Below are positions 30,674 through 40,047 of a stretch of 64,000 bases of DNA, one piece after another. The position numbers and the translations under genes are program-made. The stretch is taken from the IMG/VR virus record IMGVR_UViG_3300047323_000678, one strand, 5' to 3'. Origin of the DNA: a virus (Duplodnaviria; Heunggongvirae; Uroviricota; Caudoviricetes). Within the stretch, counting starts at the first letter, position 1, and each line of letters opens with the position of its first letter. The notes beneath the pieces were generated by a model. That model had not been told where the DNA came from, ran no database searches, and was given only the letters and a program-made list of their open reading frames with translations.

Positions 30674-31766
30674 AACTTCAAAGAATTCTTTAAAGTTATT
30701 TAAACTCGAACTAAATTCGAGTTTTTTTATTTAGTTCGAGGTAAAAAACCTCAAAGAGTTCTTTAAAGGTTTAATACGGTTACTATTCGGTCTAAATTAG
30801 AGTTCTATTTTCTTTGTAAATTAATTTTTTCATAGTTAGGTAATATTGGTGCCCAAGCTGGATTTACTTTCCATTTACCATCCTCTTTGATAGCAGTCCC
30901 ATAAAGAATAGTAGCAAAAGTATCTGCATCAGCTACTCTTAAAAATTGTGGCACTTCCCGTAAGATACGGAAAAAGAAAGCAATACATTCAGGTATTTCC
31001 CAAACTTCTCTAGGATCATCACCATATCCATCAAAAGTTAAAGAGTGCCTAGGCACACCACCAATTTGTGCTAAATCTTCAAGCATCACTATAGATTCAT
31101 TCAATCTATTTTGAAAAGGAAAGTCGTCTTTATTGATTACAAGTAATACAGCAGTATTTTTATCTATCATGATGGCTCCAGTAATTTTTGAAAATTAACC
31201 ATCTCATTCTAGAAAAACCTAGAGATGCTGCCTTAAAGAGTTCTTTGAAGATGACTGATATTATACCCTATAAAATTTAATGTCCACTCTTTTAAAAGAA
31301 AACCATTAGTATCTGCAAAGAACTCTTTAAAGTTTTGGAGATGAGTATGGGTATTATACTGTGAAGGGATTTGCTGTGCAGATCCTCAAAGAACTCTTTG
31401 AGGACTTACCCAGGAGTCCCTGGAGATTTAGCTTGGTTCAGTAGTAGGTAGCACATATGTATTTACATCTCTTTCAAGAACTCTTCAAACTTTGGTTTAT
31501 TAGTTAAAAATACTTTTAAGTAACTGTTTCACAGCTTTAAAGACTTCTTCAAGCAGTGAAAAGACATGCAAACTTATTGAACATAAATTAGAAGATTTCT
31601 TGTGGGAATTTTTCTACTAAAGTTGTAGGAATTTATAGCATCCTACTCTTCAAAGAATTCTTTAATGGTTTGCCTGGACGATCATGCTTTAATACTTTCA
31701 AACAACTTATCGGCACCTGGTAGTACCTAAAATTGAGGTATGCTTCCTTAAAGAACTTTTTGAAGG
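30674..31766. repeat. cluster 1 of nine ~20-bp palindromes, core AAAGA-NN-TCTTT
   Basis: Cores start at 30680, 30753, 31235, 31317, 31388, 31475, 31539, 31652 and 31750 (some with 1-2 mismatches). Confidence 0.85.
30805..31170 (-). CDS. CRR6/DUF1817-like protein
   Basis: FDGYGDDPREVWEIPEC motif; GGAG SD. Confidence 0.55.
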   Translation of the reverse strand: MIDKNTAVLLVINKDDFPFQNRLNESIVMLEDLAQIGGVPRHSLTFDGYGDDPREVWEIPECIAFFFRILREVPQFLRVADADTFATILYGTAIKEDGKWKVNPAWAPILPNYEKINLQRK

Positions 31767-31838
31767 TTTGCCAGGAGATTCTTGGAATTTCTAATAATTT
31801 GGTTAGAATATATTTATCATGTTAAATATGGGGATAAT

Positions 31839-32408
31839 ATGGCACAAGATATGCAAAGCAAGCTTGAAGATAAATTATTTTTAGCTGCTGAAAATGGCAA
31901 CCTAAAAATATTCAAGCATATGATGAATAGTCCAAGCATAAGAAAACATATAAATATTGCTGAAAATGGATATCAAACATTGAAGTCAGCAGCAAGGCAT
32001 TGTGATGAAGAGTTTTTGGATTACATATTAACTATTCCAGAAGTAGATGAAATAATTATGACTAAAATTATTAGTGCAACATTTGCTAATGCCTGTTATA
32101 AAGAAAATTTTGATATAATTAATTATTACTTTAACAATGAGAAATATGGTAAATACTTAGACTTGACTTATAATGCAACTCAATGTTTTAGAACTGCATA
32201 TGCAAATGATAGAAAGGATGTTTTGCAATTTTTAATTATTAATGCAAACTTACCTAAGAATAGTAATGTAATATTAGAGATTGCTCGTGGGAATGGACAT
32301 AGTGAAGAATTTGTAAATATGCTATTTATTAGAAGAGAAATGAAAGAAGAACTAACTAAAGATTTATCAAAAAAAGAAGCAACAACACAAACAATAAAAA
32401 AGATTTAA
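31839..32408 (+). CDS. ankyrin-like repeat protein
   Basis: LFLAAENGNLKIFK, ACYKENFDII; start moved to ATG 31839 (GGGGA SD). Confidence 0.65.
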   Translation: MAQDMQSKLEDKLFLAAENGNLKIFKHMMNSPSIRKHINIAENGYQTLKSAARHCDEEFLDYILTIPEVDEIIMTKIISATFANACYKENFDIINYYFNNEKYGKYLDLTYNATQCFRTAYANDRKDVLQFLIINANLPKNSNVILEIARGNGHSEEFVNMLFIRREMKEELTKDLSKKEATTQTIKKI

Positions 32409-32426
32409 ATTTATAAAAGGAAAATT

Positions 32427-32690
32427 ATGGCATATATAGAAGATCCACTGGCGCAATTAAGAAAAGATTTAAATGATTTAAGTCTTGTGCAAATTAATCC
32501 AGATGTAGCAGTAGATTTGAGATTAGAAAGTGAAAATTATGGTTGGGCATTCACAAAGAAAGAATCAGAATGGGAAAAAATAAGAAAACTTGATGCAAAT
32601 GATATAGAAAGAGCGCATGATCAATTGTCAGAGATGATGATACTAGATGCATCATCTTACACCAAACCAAAAATAAAAAAGAAGATGTAA
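32427..32690 (+). CDS. hypothetical protein (87 aa)
   Basis: AAAGGA SD; ends KPKIKKKM. Confidence 0.7.
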   Translation: MAYIEDPLAQLRKDLNDLSLVQINPDVAVDLRLESENYGWAFTKKESEWEKIRKLDANDIERAHDQLSEMMILDASSYTKPKIKKKM

Positions 32691-32717
32691 AAAAAGCAGG
32701 CACAAGCCTGCTTTTTT
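32689..32717. terminator. bidirectional terminator
   Basis: aaaaaaagcaggcacaagcctgctttttt. Confidence 0.85.
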
Positions 32718-32729
32718 ACCCAATCAGTA

Positions 32730-33149
32730 TTACCAGTCAATACAAAATGAACCTTGGTTTCTCTCTAAAATTTCTTCTAAAGCTTCAGTCAAGCATTTGA
32801 TAGCTTCTTCCTCATCCAAATCACCAAAACCATCTGCATTTAGCTCACCATCGCAAACACAATCTTCAAAACATTCTACAACATCAATTCTTTTTCCACG
32901 GCCGTAGATTTCTGGTGCATCAAACCAATTATCCATGACATATTTCAAACCAACAGAGTTAGCACGGATAATCCAATCACTATGCTCTTTAAATTCATCA
33001 CCAGCATTTGCAAAAAAATTCCAACGCTCAACTAAAGGAATAGATTTATCTGAAATATATTCTTTGAATTCAGACTTAATTTTTTCAGCCTTAGCTTCTA
33101 AAGCATTTTTTTCTTTATGGTAGTCACTCATTTTCTCTAAAATATGCAT
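32730..33149 (-). CDS. hypothetical acidic protein, phage-like (139 aa)
   Basis: GGAGGA SD. Confidence 0.75.
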   Translation of the reverse strand: MHILEKMSDYHKEKNALEAKAEKIKSEFKEYISDKSIPLVERWNFFANAGDEFKEHSDWIIRANSVGLKYVMDNWFDAPEIYGRGKRIDVVECFEDCVCDGELNADGFGDLDEEEAIKCLTEALEEILERNQGSFCIDW

Positions 33150-33258
33150 AATTCCTCCTTAATAATGTTGCTTATTATAACATATTTTTAATATAAGTGT
33201 TTGATTATAAAGATAAAAACCACTAAAAAGTGGCTTTTATTGTGCTTGAAAATACTGC

Positions 33259-33924
33259 TTAAATGACAGTTTTTTTGAAAAAATTTAAATCTTCAGAACT
33301 TCCTTCATTTGTTTTATTAAGAAGAATAAATTTCAAAGTTTGCTCATCTCCATGACGAAGAACAATTGATTGAATAGCTGTAGGAAGCTTCTGATAGTGG
33401 TTAAGTAAAGAATTCCAAACATTTTCTGATGGGCATTGAATCAAATAGATTGGAGAGCCTTCTTTATTAATAGTTTTAAGGAATGCTCTTTTAGCTTTGT
33501 CAACCAATTTATTTAGAGGATAATACCAAGTAACTTCATAAACATGACCAAAAGAGCCATATTTTTTAAATGCAAAATTATTATTATTCTTAATATATTT
33601 TAAATCTGATTTATTAAATGAAAACCCTTCTTTTAAAAGGAAGTTAAATAAAGAGGCTGCTGTTTCATTAGTTGCCCCCATATTAGCATTTAAGGTGGTA
33701 GAAAGCATTGAGAAAGAACTTTCCAAATAACTTTTGATTATAGTTTGTTTTTGCTCATATCCTAAGCTATTAAATAAATCCATAAAAGTATTAACTGAAA
33801 AACTTTGATTTTTCAAATCTGCTGTTAGATAAATGGAAAAATTTTTTAGATCATTAACCAACCTGTGAGTGACAGAAGTAAAAGAAGCTTCTTTAACTAA
33901 GGATTTTTCTAATTGAGTAGTCAT
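33259..33924 (-). CDS. hypothetical protein (221 aa)
   Basis: ORF; hairpin 33215-33238 downstream. Confidence 0.7.
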   Translation of the reverse strand: MTTQLEKSLVKEASFTSVTHRLVNDLKNFSIYLTADLKNQSFSVNTFMDLFNSLGYEQKQTIIKSYLESSFSMLSTTLNANMGATNETAASLFNFLLKEGFSFNKSDLKYIKNNNNFAFKKYGSFGHVYEVTWYYPLNKLVDKAKRAFLKTINKEGSPIYLIQCPSENVWNSLLNHYQKLPTAIQSIVLRHGDEQTLKFILLNKTNEGSSEDLNFFKKTVI

Positions 33925-33980
33925 GATTTTAAATAATAAAATAAAATAGATTGTATCCTGATTTCAAAGTTAAGGCAATA

Positions 33981-34004
33981 AAAAAACCCTCCGAAGAGGG
34001 CTTT
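33981..34004. terminator. terminator, AAAACCCTCCGAAGAGGG copy 1
   Basis: CCCTC-CGAA-GAGGG stem. Confidence 0.8.
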
Positions 34005-34006
34005 AT

Positions 34007-35212
34007 TTACATTTTGAATTTAATTCCTTTACTTTCTAACTTAGCTTTTATTTCTTCCACTCGATTAACAGCTTTTTCCTTTGAATTAGTTGTATTTTCA
34101 CTTGGGGATAATTTTTCTATTTGTATACTTGTCCTAACAAGTTGTCCTAAATATTGTTTTTGGACAGTAGCAAGGTCTTCTAATTGCTTTCTAGATAATT
34201 CAACAAATTTTTCTACAGGACGATTACTTCCTAATTTATATTCTGGATCAGATAAAATTTTTAGATTTTCAATAAGTTTCTCTTCTCTTTTCTTCAAAAT
34301 AGTTAATTCATCATCCTCTCTATTAATTTCAGGATTTAATGCAGCTTCTAACATATTTTTATCATCATGAATTGCAATTTTCTCAAACTTTGAGGATATA
34401 GTAGTTAGTTTTTCTAATGAATTCTTAGTGTTAGATGATATAGGTTCTAACCCCTTCAATATTTTAGCAACAGGATTTGCGGTTGGATTAAATATCAATC
34501 CAACTTCCTTTTCAGAAGTATTAGACAAAATATCATTAATAACCTCTATACAAGAACTAGTCCATTTTCCTTTTAATTGATGACTGTGTTCATTTAAAAC
34601 TTTCATTTCAGGATATTTTTCTATTTCATATACCTTTAATGTCATAGAATTATTATCTATATCAAGTACAAAATGTTTAATAATATCTACTTTAGCATTC
34701 ATGAATTCTCTATTATCTTCATATTTAGCTCTTGTAAGAAGGTTTGGTAAATCAAAAGCATTTTGTTCAACAGAAGTGTGTTTGATTGCATTTAAATTTT
34801 TAGCTTGACCTTCAAGTAATCCACGCGCTAAAGAACTAGCAATTTTATTTTCATTTTTTGGTAAATACACAAAATCAATTTTATTAAATTGATTCAATAA
34901 AGAAAGAAGATCTTTAAATACAGGATTACGACCTATGAAGTTATGTTTTTTCTGTTTATTTGATGTCTTAAGAGTTTCAACAAGAGTTTGATCATCAGAA
35001 AAACATTCGACATGTTTTATACCGTCAGAAATACACTTTTTCAGACCATAAACTATAGATTGGATTTTAAATTGGTTAATTATAGGACTATTTTCAGTTT
35101 TTTCTGAAAAATCCCAAATGTGATTACCCTGCTCATCTTCAAGGTGTCCTCCAATGCCTACTGCATCTAATTTTGGATAATATACTCCATCAGTATAGAG
35201 AAAATGTTTCAT
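34007..35212 (-). CDS. RNase HI-like paralogue, probably catalytically degenerate
   Basis: LYTDG and FSDD kept; the aligned E is K (FKIQSI) and the last D is S (NKIASS). Confidence 0.7.
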   Translation of the reverse strand: MKHFLYTDGVYYPKLDAVGIGGHLEDEQGNHIWDFSEKTENSPIINQFKIQSIVYGLKKCISDGIKHVECFSDDQTLVETLKTSNKQKKHNFIGRNPVFKDLLSLLNQFNKIDFVYLPKNENKIASSLARGLLEGQAKNLNAIKHTSVEQNAFDLPNLLTRAKYEDNREFMNAKVDIIKHFVLDIDNNSMTLKVYEIEKYPEMKVLNEHSHQLKGKWTSSCIEVINDILSNTSEKEVGLIFNPTANPVAKILKGLEPISSNTKNSLEKLTTISSKFEKIAIHDDKNMLEAALNPEINREDDELTILKKREEKLIENLKILSDPEYKLGSNRPVEKFVELSRKQLEDLATVQKQYLGQLVRTSIQIEKLSPSENTTNSKEKAVNRVEEIKAKLESKGIKFKM

Positions 35213-35274
35213 ATGTTCCTTTCTTTCATATATATAGATTATATATTGAAAAAATGATTAAGCAATGAAAAAGG

Positions 35275-35299
35275 AAAACCCTCCGAAGAGGGATTTTTT
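35275..35299. terminator. terminator, AAAACCCTCCGAAGAGGG copy 2
   Basis: 18 bp identical to 33983-34000. Confidence 0.8.
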
Positions 35300-36686
35300 A
35301 TTTAGATTCTACAACCTTAATTGCTTTAGTTTTATCTAAAGCCTCTTGAATTTTATCAACTCTCTCTTGATAATGAGCAGAATATTTAGAATTGCTAGGT
35401 CTTTTTCTAATTTCGTCAAAAATATCTAACTCTTTTTCTAAATTAGCAATTTTATTTGCTTTTTCTGCTGCGGTTAGAGAAATATTACCTTTGACAAAAT
35501 TATATGTTTTCTGATTATCAAAATCTAAAGTAAGTTTGTTTCCTTCTTTTAAATGACACAAAGTATGATTTTCATTGATAAAAATATTATGTTCACTAAT
35601 AGTATTATCTTGTGGCAAAGGCATACCATTAACATGAATAGTTACACTATCAAATTTTTCTTCTTTTTTATCAATTAAATCCATACATAGGTCTTTATCT
35701 ACATCATCTACTTTCATTGTAATATGTTGAGTCTTACTATCATAAATAACATGAACCATTTCTTTACGATAAGCAGAATCATCAATCAGTTCTTTAGTTT
35801 TAGAATTAACAAATCCTGCAAATTCTGATGATGGAATAATACTAATTCCCATAACAGAGTGCATATCAGCAGAAGTTTTAATAACTTGTTCAACCATATT
35901 ATTATCTTTTTGTGAATTAATAATCAGATAGATAATGCCACCAAACAGACTAAAAAAGATAATTAGACCAAACAATTCACCAATTACTTTAAGAATTCCT
36001 GCAAGAACTAATCCTAGGCCTTTACCTAAAAAACCTAAAGCACTAACCGAACCACTAAAGAATGACTTACTAATAGTTTGAATTTTTTTACCAACATAGG
36101 CAATTCGTTCATTATTTTTTTCAGAACGAGCTTTAGCATGAATTTCTTCCTGTGAAAGTTCTCGCTTAAAAGTAATATCTTTATAATGAGTGGAATCTTT
36201 ATATTGTGAGAAGTCAAATTGATTCACGAAGCCATCATCTCCAACTTTGTCCAATTCCGTAGCTAGTTCTAATTGACTAGCATATTTTTCATGAACAAAT
36301 GAAGATTCTACTTTAATCTGATTCTCAATAGCAGAGTAAAATTGCTTTTCCAAATCAAAAACTTGTTTCTTGAAAATTTTAAGATTTTCAATCAGTAATT
36401 GGCGAGCAGTTTTATCTGATTTAACAATGCGAGTGTTTCTATATTCAATAGGCAAAGCACAATAAGAATCAATTGTGCGAGGTATATAATTAGTAGCAAT
36501 TTGAAATAACTCATATTGAGCTTCATAATCACCCTGCTTAGCAATGGCAAGCTGCTTAATCTTAGCCAAAGTTGCAGTCATAAAAGGAGCCACATCTTGG
36601 CTAAGGTCTACTGTTGACTCTAACAAAGCACCAATTTTGTCAATGTCAGTAAAAATTTGATTAGTCATTTGACTATTTTCGCTCAT
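35298..36686 (-). CDS. membrane protein: XpaC-like N-terminus, TM segment, pilin-like C-terminal domain
   Basis: NYIPRTIDSYCALP...KTARQLLIENL; hydrophobic GLIIFFSLFGGIIYLII; ITM..V.K.LC..L...VNG...LC...NKLTL. Confidence 0.5.
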   Translation of the reverse strand: MSENSQMTNQIFTDIDKIGALLESTVDLSQDVAPFMTATLAKIKQLAIAKQGDYEAQYELFQIATNYIPRTIDSYCALPIEYRNTRIVKSDKTARQLLIENLKIFKKQVFDLEKQFYSAIENQIKVESSFVHEKYASQLELATELDKVGDDGFVNQFDFSQYKDSTHYKDITFKRELSQEEIHAKARSEKNNERIAYVGKKIQTISKSFFSGSVSALGFLGKGLGLVLAGILKVIGELFGLIIFFSLFGGIIYLIINSQKDNNMVEQVIKTSADMHSVMGISIIPSSEFAGFVNSKTKELIDDSAYRKEMVHVIYDSKTQHITMKVDDVDKDLCMDLIDKKEEKFDSVTIHVNGMPLPQDNTISEHNIFINENHTLCHLKEGNKLTLDFDNQKTYNFVKGNISLTAAEKANKIANLEKELDIFDEIRKRPSNSKYSAHYQERVDKIQEALDKTKAIKVVESK

Positions 36687-36823
36687 ATTAATCACCTTAA
36701 AATTATTATGATTAATTATACACCAAGTTTTTAAACTATAGTTGATTTTAGTATTAAAGATAAAGTATCTATAGATTATTTAGTTTAATTTGTTATTATA
36801 TTAACAATAAATGGAAAATTATT

Positions 36824-37747
36824 ATGTTAAAAAGAATTTTAAAATTTGTTAGTTTAGTCAATGACCCGAATAAGAATTTCTATAGTATGGAACAAGTAGA
36901 AGAAATGGAATTAAATAGTTATTTTAATGGTGATTTAAATAATAATGAGAATAAAAATAACTTTAGAAAATGGGTGCATTCTTATTTAAATAATTCTGAA
37001 AATTTAACAGAAAAAAAATACAAACTTATATTTATAAGCATCTATATGAGGAAACATCATCATTATATAGATAATATTTTGGATAAAGAAGATACTTTAA
37101 TTACAGATATAAGTAAAGAAATAATAGAAAATAATGAAAGCAAATTCAATATTGATTCTTTATTTAATAAAAATCCATTTAATGAGATTAATGTATATTT
37201 AATTAATACTAAAACAAGAAGTATTTCTATTGAAGATATTGTGAATGAAGACCAGAATAATCCTGAAAAATTAGCTATTGCTCAAAAAATATATAATAGT
37301 TTTGCAAAAATAGGAATTTTAGGTGAAGCTATAATGAACAATTGGGAAAGCACTCAATATCTGCTTGAAATGCAAAATTTTAAATTAAATAATGCTGATA
37401 TTAAAAAATTTGAAGAGCAATTAGCTAAAACAAAATATGATAATAATGGCTTAATGTTAAATATTTCTAGATTTCCAGTGTATCGTAATATTGATAATCT
37501 TACTAAACTCATAATAAATGAGGATGATACAGAAGTTTTAAGTATGTTAAAACAATTCTATTTTAATAATACTTATACAGCTAGAATGGAATATGACCCT
37601 TTTAATTACCAGGAAAAAGCTATAGAAATTAATCAAGCTATACAAGATGCGTTAAATACAAAAATAGAATATTTAGAAATCAAAAATGAAACAACACCTA
37701 CATCAACAGAACCAAAAAACATAAAACATAAAAAAATTAAAATTTAA
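36824..37747 (+). CDS. hypothetical protein, KKIKI tail
   Basis: ORF 307 aa. Confidence 0.75.
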   Translation: MLKRILKFVSLVNDPNKNFYSMEQVEEMELNSYFNGDLNNNENKNNFRKWVHSYLNNSENLTEKKYKLIFISIYMRKHHHYIDNILDKEDTLITDISKEIIENNESKFNIDSLFNKNPFNEINVYLINTKTRSISIEDIVNEDQNNPEKLAIAQKIYNSFAKIGILGEAIMNNWESTQYLLEMQNFKLNNADIKKFEEQLAKTKYDNNGLMLNISRFPVYRNIDNLTKLIINEDDTEVLSMLKQFYFNNTYTARMEYDPFNYQEKAIEINQAIQDALNTKIEYLEIKNETTPTSTEPKNIKHKKIKI

Positions 37748-37811
37748 TTAGAATTTAACTTGTCTTTTTTCAAAACTCGTTGTATTGAGAATGAGTTCAA
37801 AGGAAAAAGAG

Positions 37812-38879
37812 ATGGATTTTTTTGATAAATTACAGTCTTTATTAATTGATTCAGAAGACATTTATTGCACTACTTATTACCGCAGTAATGATAATAACTA
37901 TAAGCATTTAATATTAGAAATAAATGCTCATGAACTTAATTGTAGTAAAAATAGACAGTCATATATTAAACGAGGGATTATTGATATGGTTTCTTATTTA
38001 AAAGATCCAATTAATAATAAATCATATCAGTATAATCATTTTTTTCTTAATTTATCTCATAATAATCTTTTAGAAAAAATTAATGAGTTAAATCCTACAG
38101 ATGAAGATTTGATGCATTTATATAAGTATGTTGCACATGAGTTTACTTTTTCTCTTTTTCAGTTCATTCCTTTTATTAAAAAACGCGAAAACATTCTCAA
38201 TATTATTAAATTAGGTCACGACTACACTCATAATTGGGATAATAGACAATCTGAGTGCTTTAAAGATTGCATAGAATATACAAAAAAATTTGATCTTACC
38301 GAAGATGAATTAGCAGATGTAGTTTTTAATTATATAAAAAATTCAAAAAATATTATGGAAGTTGAGCTAGAAAGAAACATATTAGCTTTATGCAATCATG
38401 CGATAAAAGATAAAAACAAGTGTAGAGAATTAATAAAAGATGTTGTAGGAAAAGATATTGAAATACAAACTACCAATGTTGAAAAGCAGGTTATTAAAAT
38501 TGAAATAGATGATGCATTTTTTGTTCGTAAATATGGATTTATAAATCCGTATTTAATAGAAAGTTTTTTAAGTGATTTTACAAAAAATATAAAAGATAAT
38601 ATTCAATTATTAAACTATACAATAAATGTGGATTATTATCAGACTCATACACATAATTTAATAGTTGAAAGCATTAATAATTCCGATGAAATAAATGATC
38701 TTTTAGAGATTTATTTAAAATATTATATTGAGAATAAGGAAGAATTTAATATGCCACAGGACTATTTTAAATATTTATTTTCAAATCCTGAAGCATTTAA
38801 GAAGATGTTATTAAATGTAGTTTTAAATCAAAATTTAGAAAAGAAAACACAAAATCATAACAAAGTAATTAAGGTTTAA
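37812..38879 (+). CDS. YLKDP-family paralogue 1
   Basis: Start MDFFDKL after AAGGA; shares F.DKL, YLKDP, ELxPT.E.L.HLY, LG.D with the next two genes. Confidence 0.75.
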   Translation: MDFFDKLQSLLIDSEDIYCTTYYRSNDNNYKHLILEINAHELNCSKNRQSYIKRGIIDMVSYLKDPINNKSYQYNHFFLNLSHNNLLEKINELNPTDEDLMHLYKYVAHEFTFSLFQFIPFIKKRENILNIIKLGHDYTHNWDNRQSECFKDCIEYTKKFDLTEDELADVVFNYIKNSKNIMEVELERNILALCNHAIKDKNKCRELIKDVVGKDIEIQTTNVEKQVIKIEIDDAFFVRKYGFINPYLIESFLSDFTKNIKDNIQLLNYTINVDYYQTHTHNLIVESINNSDEINDLLEIYLKYYIENKEEFNMPQDYFKYLFSNPEAFKKMLLNVVLNQNLEKKTQNHNKVIKV

Positions 38880-38882
38880 ATT

Positions 38883-39977
38883 ATGACATTTATAGATAAA
38901 TTAGAAGATTTTTTACTAAATTCAAATTTAGAAATATATTTTTATATTAAAAAATATTCAAGTGGAGAAGTTAATGCTTTTGAAATACTTTGCAAAGATG
39001 GAATAACGAATTATCACATAAAAGAACAAGCAGAAGATAAAAAAGACGGTCTTAAAGAGATGATTGCATATCTAAAAGATCCATTTGGTTTAAAAAATCG
39101 TAAATTCACTCACTATTGTTTAAATTTCATAGGATATGAAAGTGGTAATCAAATCTTTAAAAAAATATTGGAATTAGAACCAACTGATGAAGAATTAATT
39201 CATCTATATAAACATACTGCATTTAGCTTTCATTTCAAATTATTACATTTTGCAAGAGCCATAAAAAATAAAGAAGCATTATTAAAAATTATGCGACTAG
39301 GATATGATGGTAAATATGATTATACTGATTATAAAAATTACTTAATATTATGCCTGCGTTATTTATATGAAAGAGATAATAATATATCGGATGATGAAAG
39401 TATTGATATAATTTTTAATTATGTTAAAAACTCTATTTCAATGAAAGAAACAAAAGATTATATTATCAATATTATTGCATCAGTAATAGAAGATAAAAAT
39501 AAAGCAGAAAAACTTATCTTAGATCTATTTGGGGAAACAATCTCTCTAGAAGAAGAACCAACTGAAAATAAAATAATAAAAATTGTAATGAGCGATTTTT
39601 ATTTAATAAGGAAATATTATTTAGAAGGTCAAAAAGAAGTAAATACTTTTTTAACTCAATTTGAAAATGAAGTTAATAGAAATATAGAATTGCTTTCAGA
39701 TACATTAAACTTAAAGTATTACAAACAAAATAATCGTAAAACAAACAGAGTAGAACATGTTTTATTAATTGATAATATTAGTGAAAATACGACTGAAATT
39801 AATATTTTATTGGAAAAATATAATGAATGCTTTTCTGAAGAATATAAAAAATTAGATTGTACTGATAAAACTGCAAAAATTTTAAAAGAAAATCCAGCAA
39901 TATTTAGAAAATTTATTGTTGAAGCATTTATGCCACCTAGTGCAAGTAAAGAAGATAGAAAGCCAATAAAAATTTAG
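38883..39977 (+). CDS. YLKDP-family paralogue 2
   Basis: 364 aa; same motifs. Confidence 0.8.
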   Translation: MTFIDKLEDFLLNSNLEIYFYIKKYSSGEVNAFEILCKDGITNYHIKEQAEDKKDGLKEMIAYLKDPFGLKNRKFTHYCLNFIGYESGNQIFKKILELEPTDEELIHLYKHTAFSFHFKLLHFARAIKNKEALLKIMRLGYDGKYDYTDYKNYLILCLRYLYERDNNISDDESIDIIFNYVKNSISMKETKDYIINIIASVIEDKNKAEKLILDLFGETISLEEEPTENKIIKIVMSDFYLIRKYYLEGQKEVNTFLTQFENEVNRNIELLSDTLNLKYYKQNNRKTNRVEHVLLIDNISENTTEINILLEKYNECFSEEYKKLDCTDKTAKILKENPAIFRKFIVEAFMPPSASKEDRKPIKI

Positions 39978-40047
39978 ATTAGAAACACTTGTATTTTTTC
40001 TATATTTATCGTAAAAGTTCAAATCAATTTATAAAAAGTAAAAAAAT

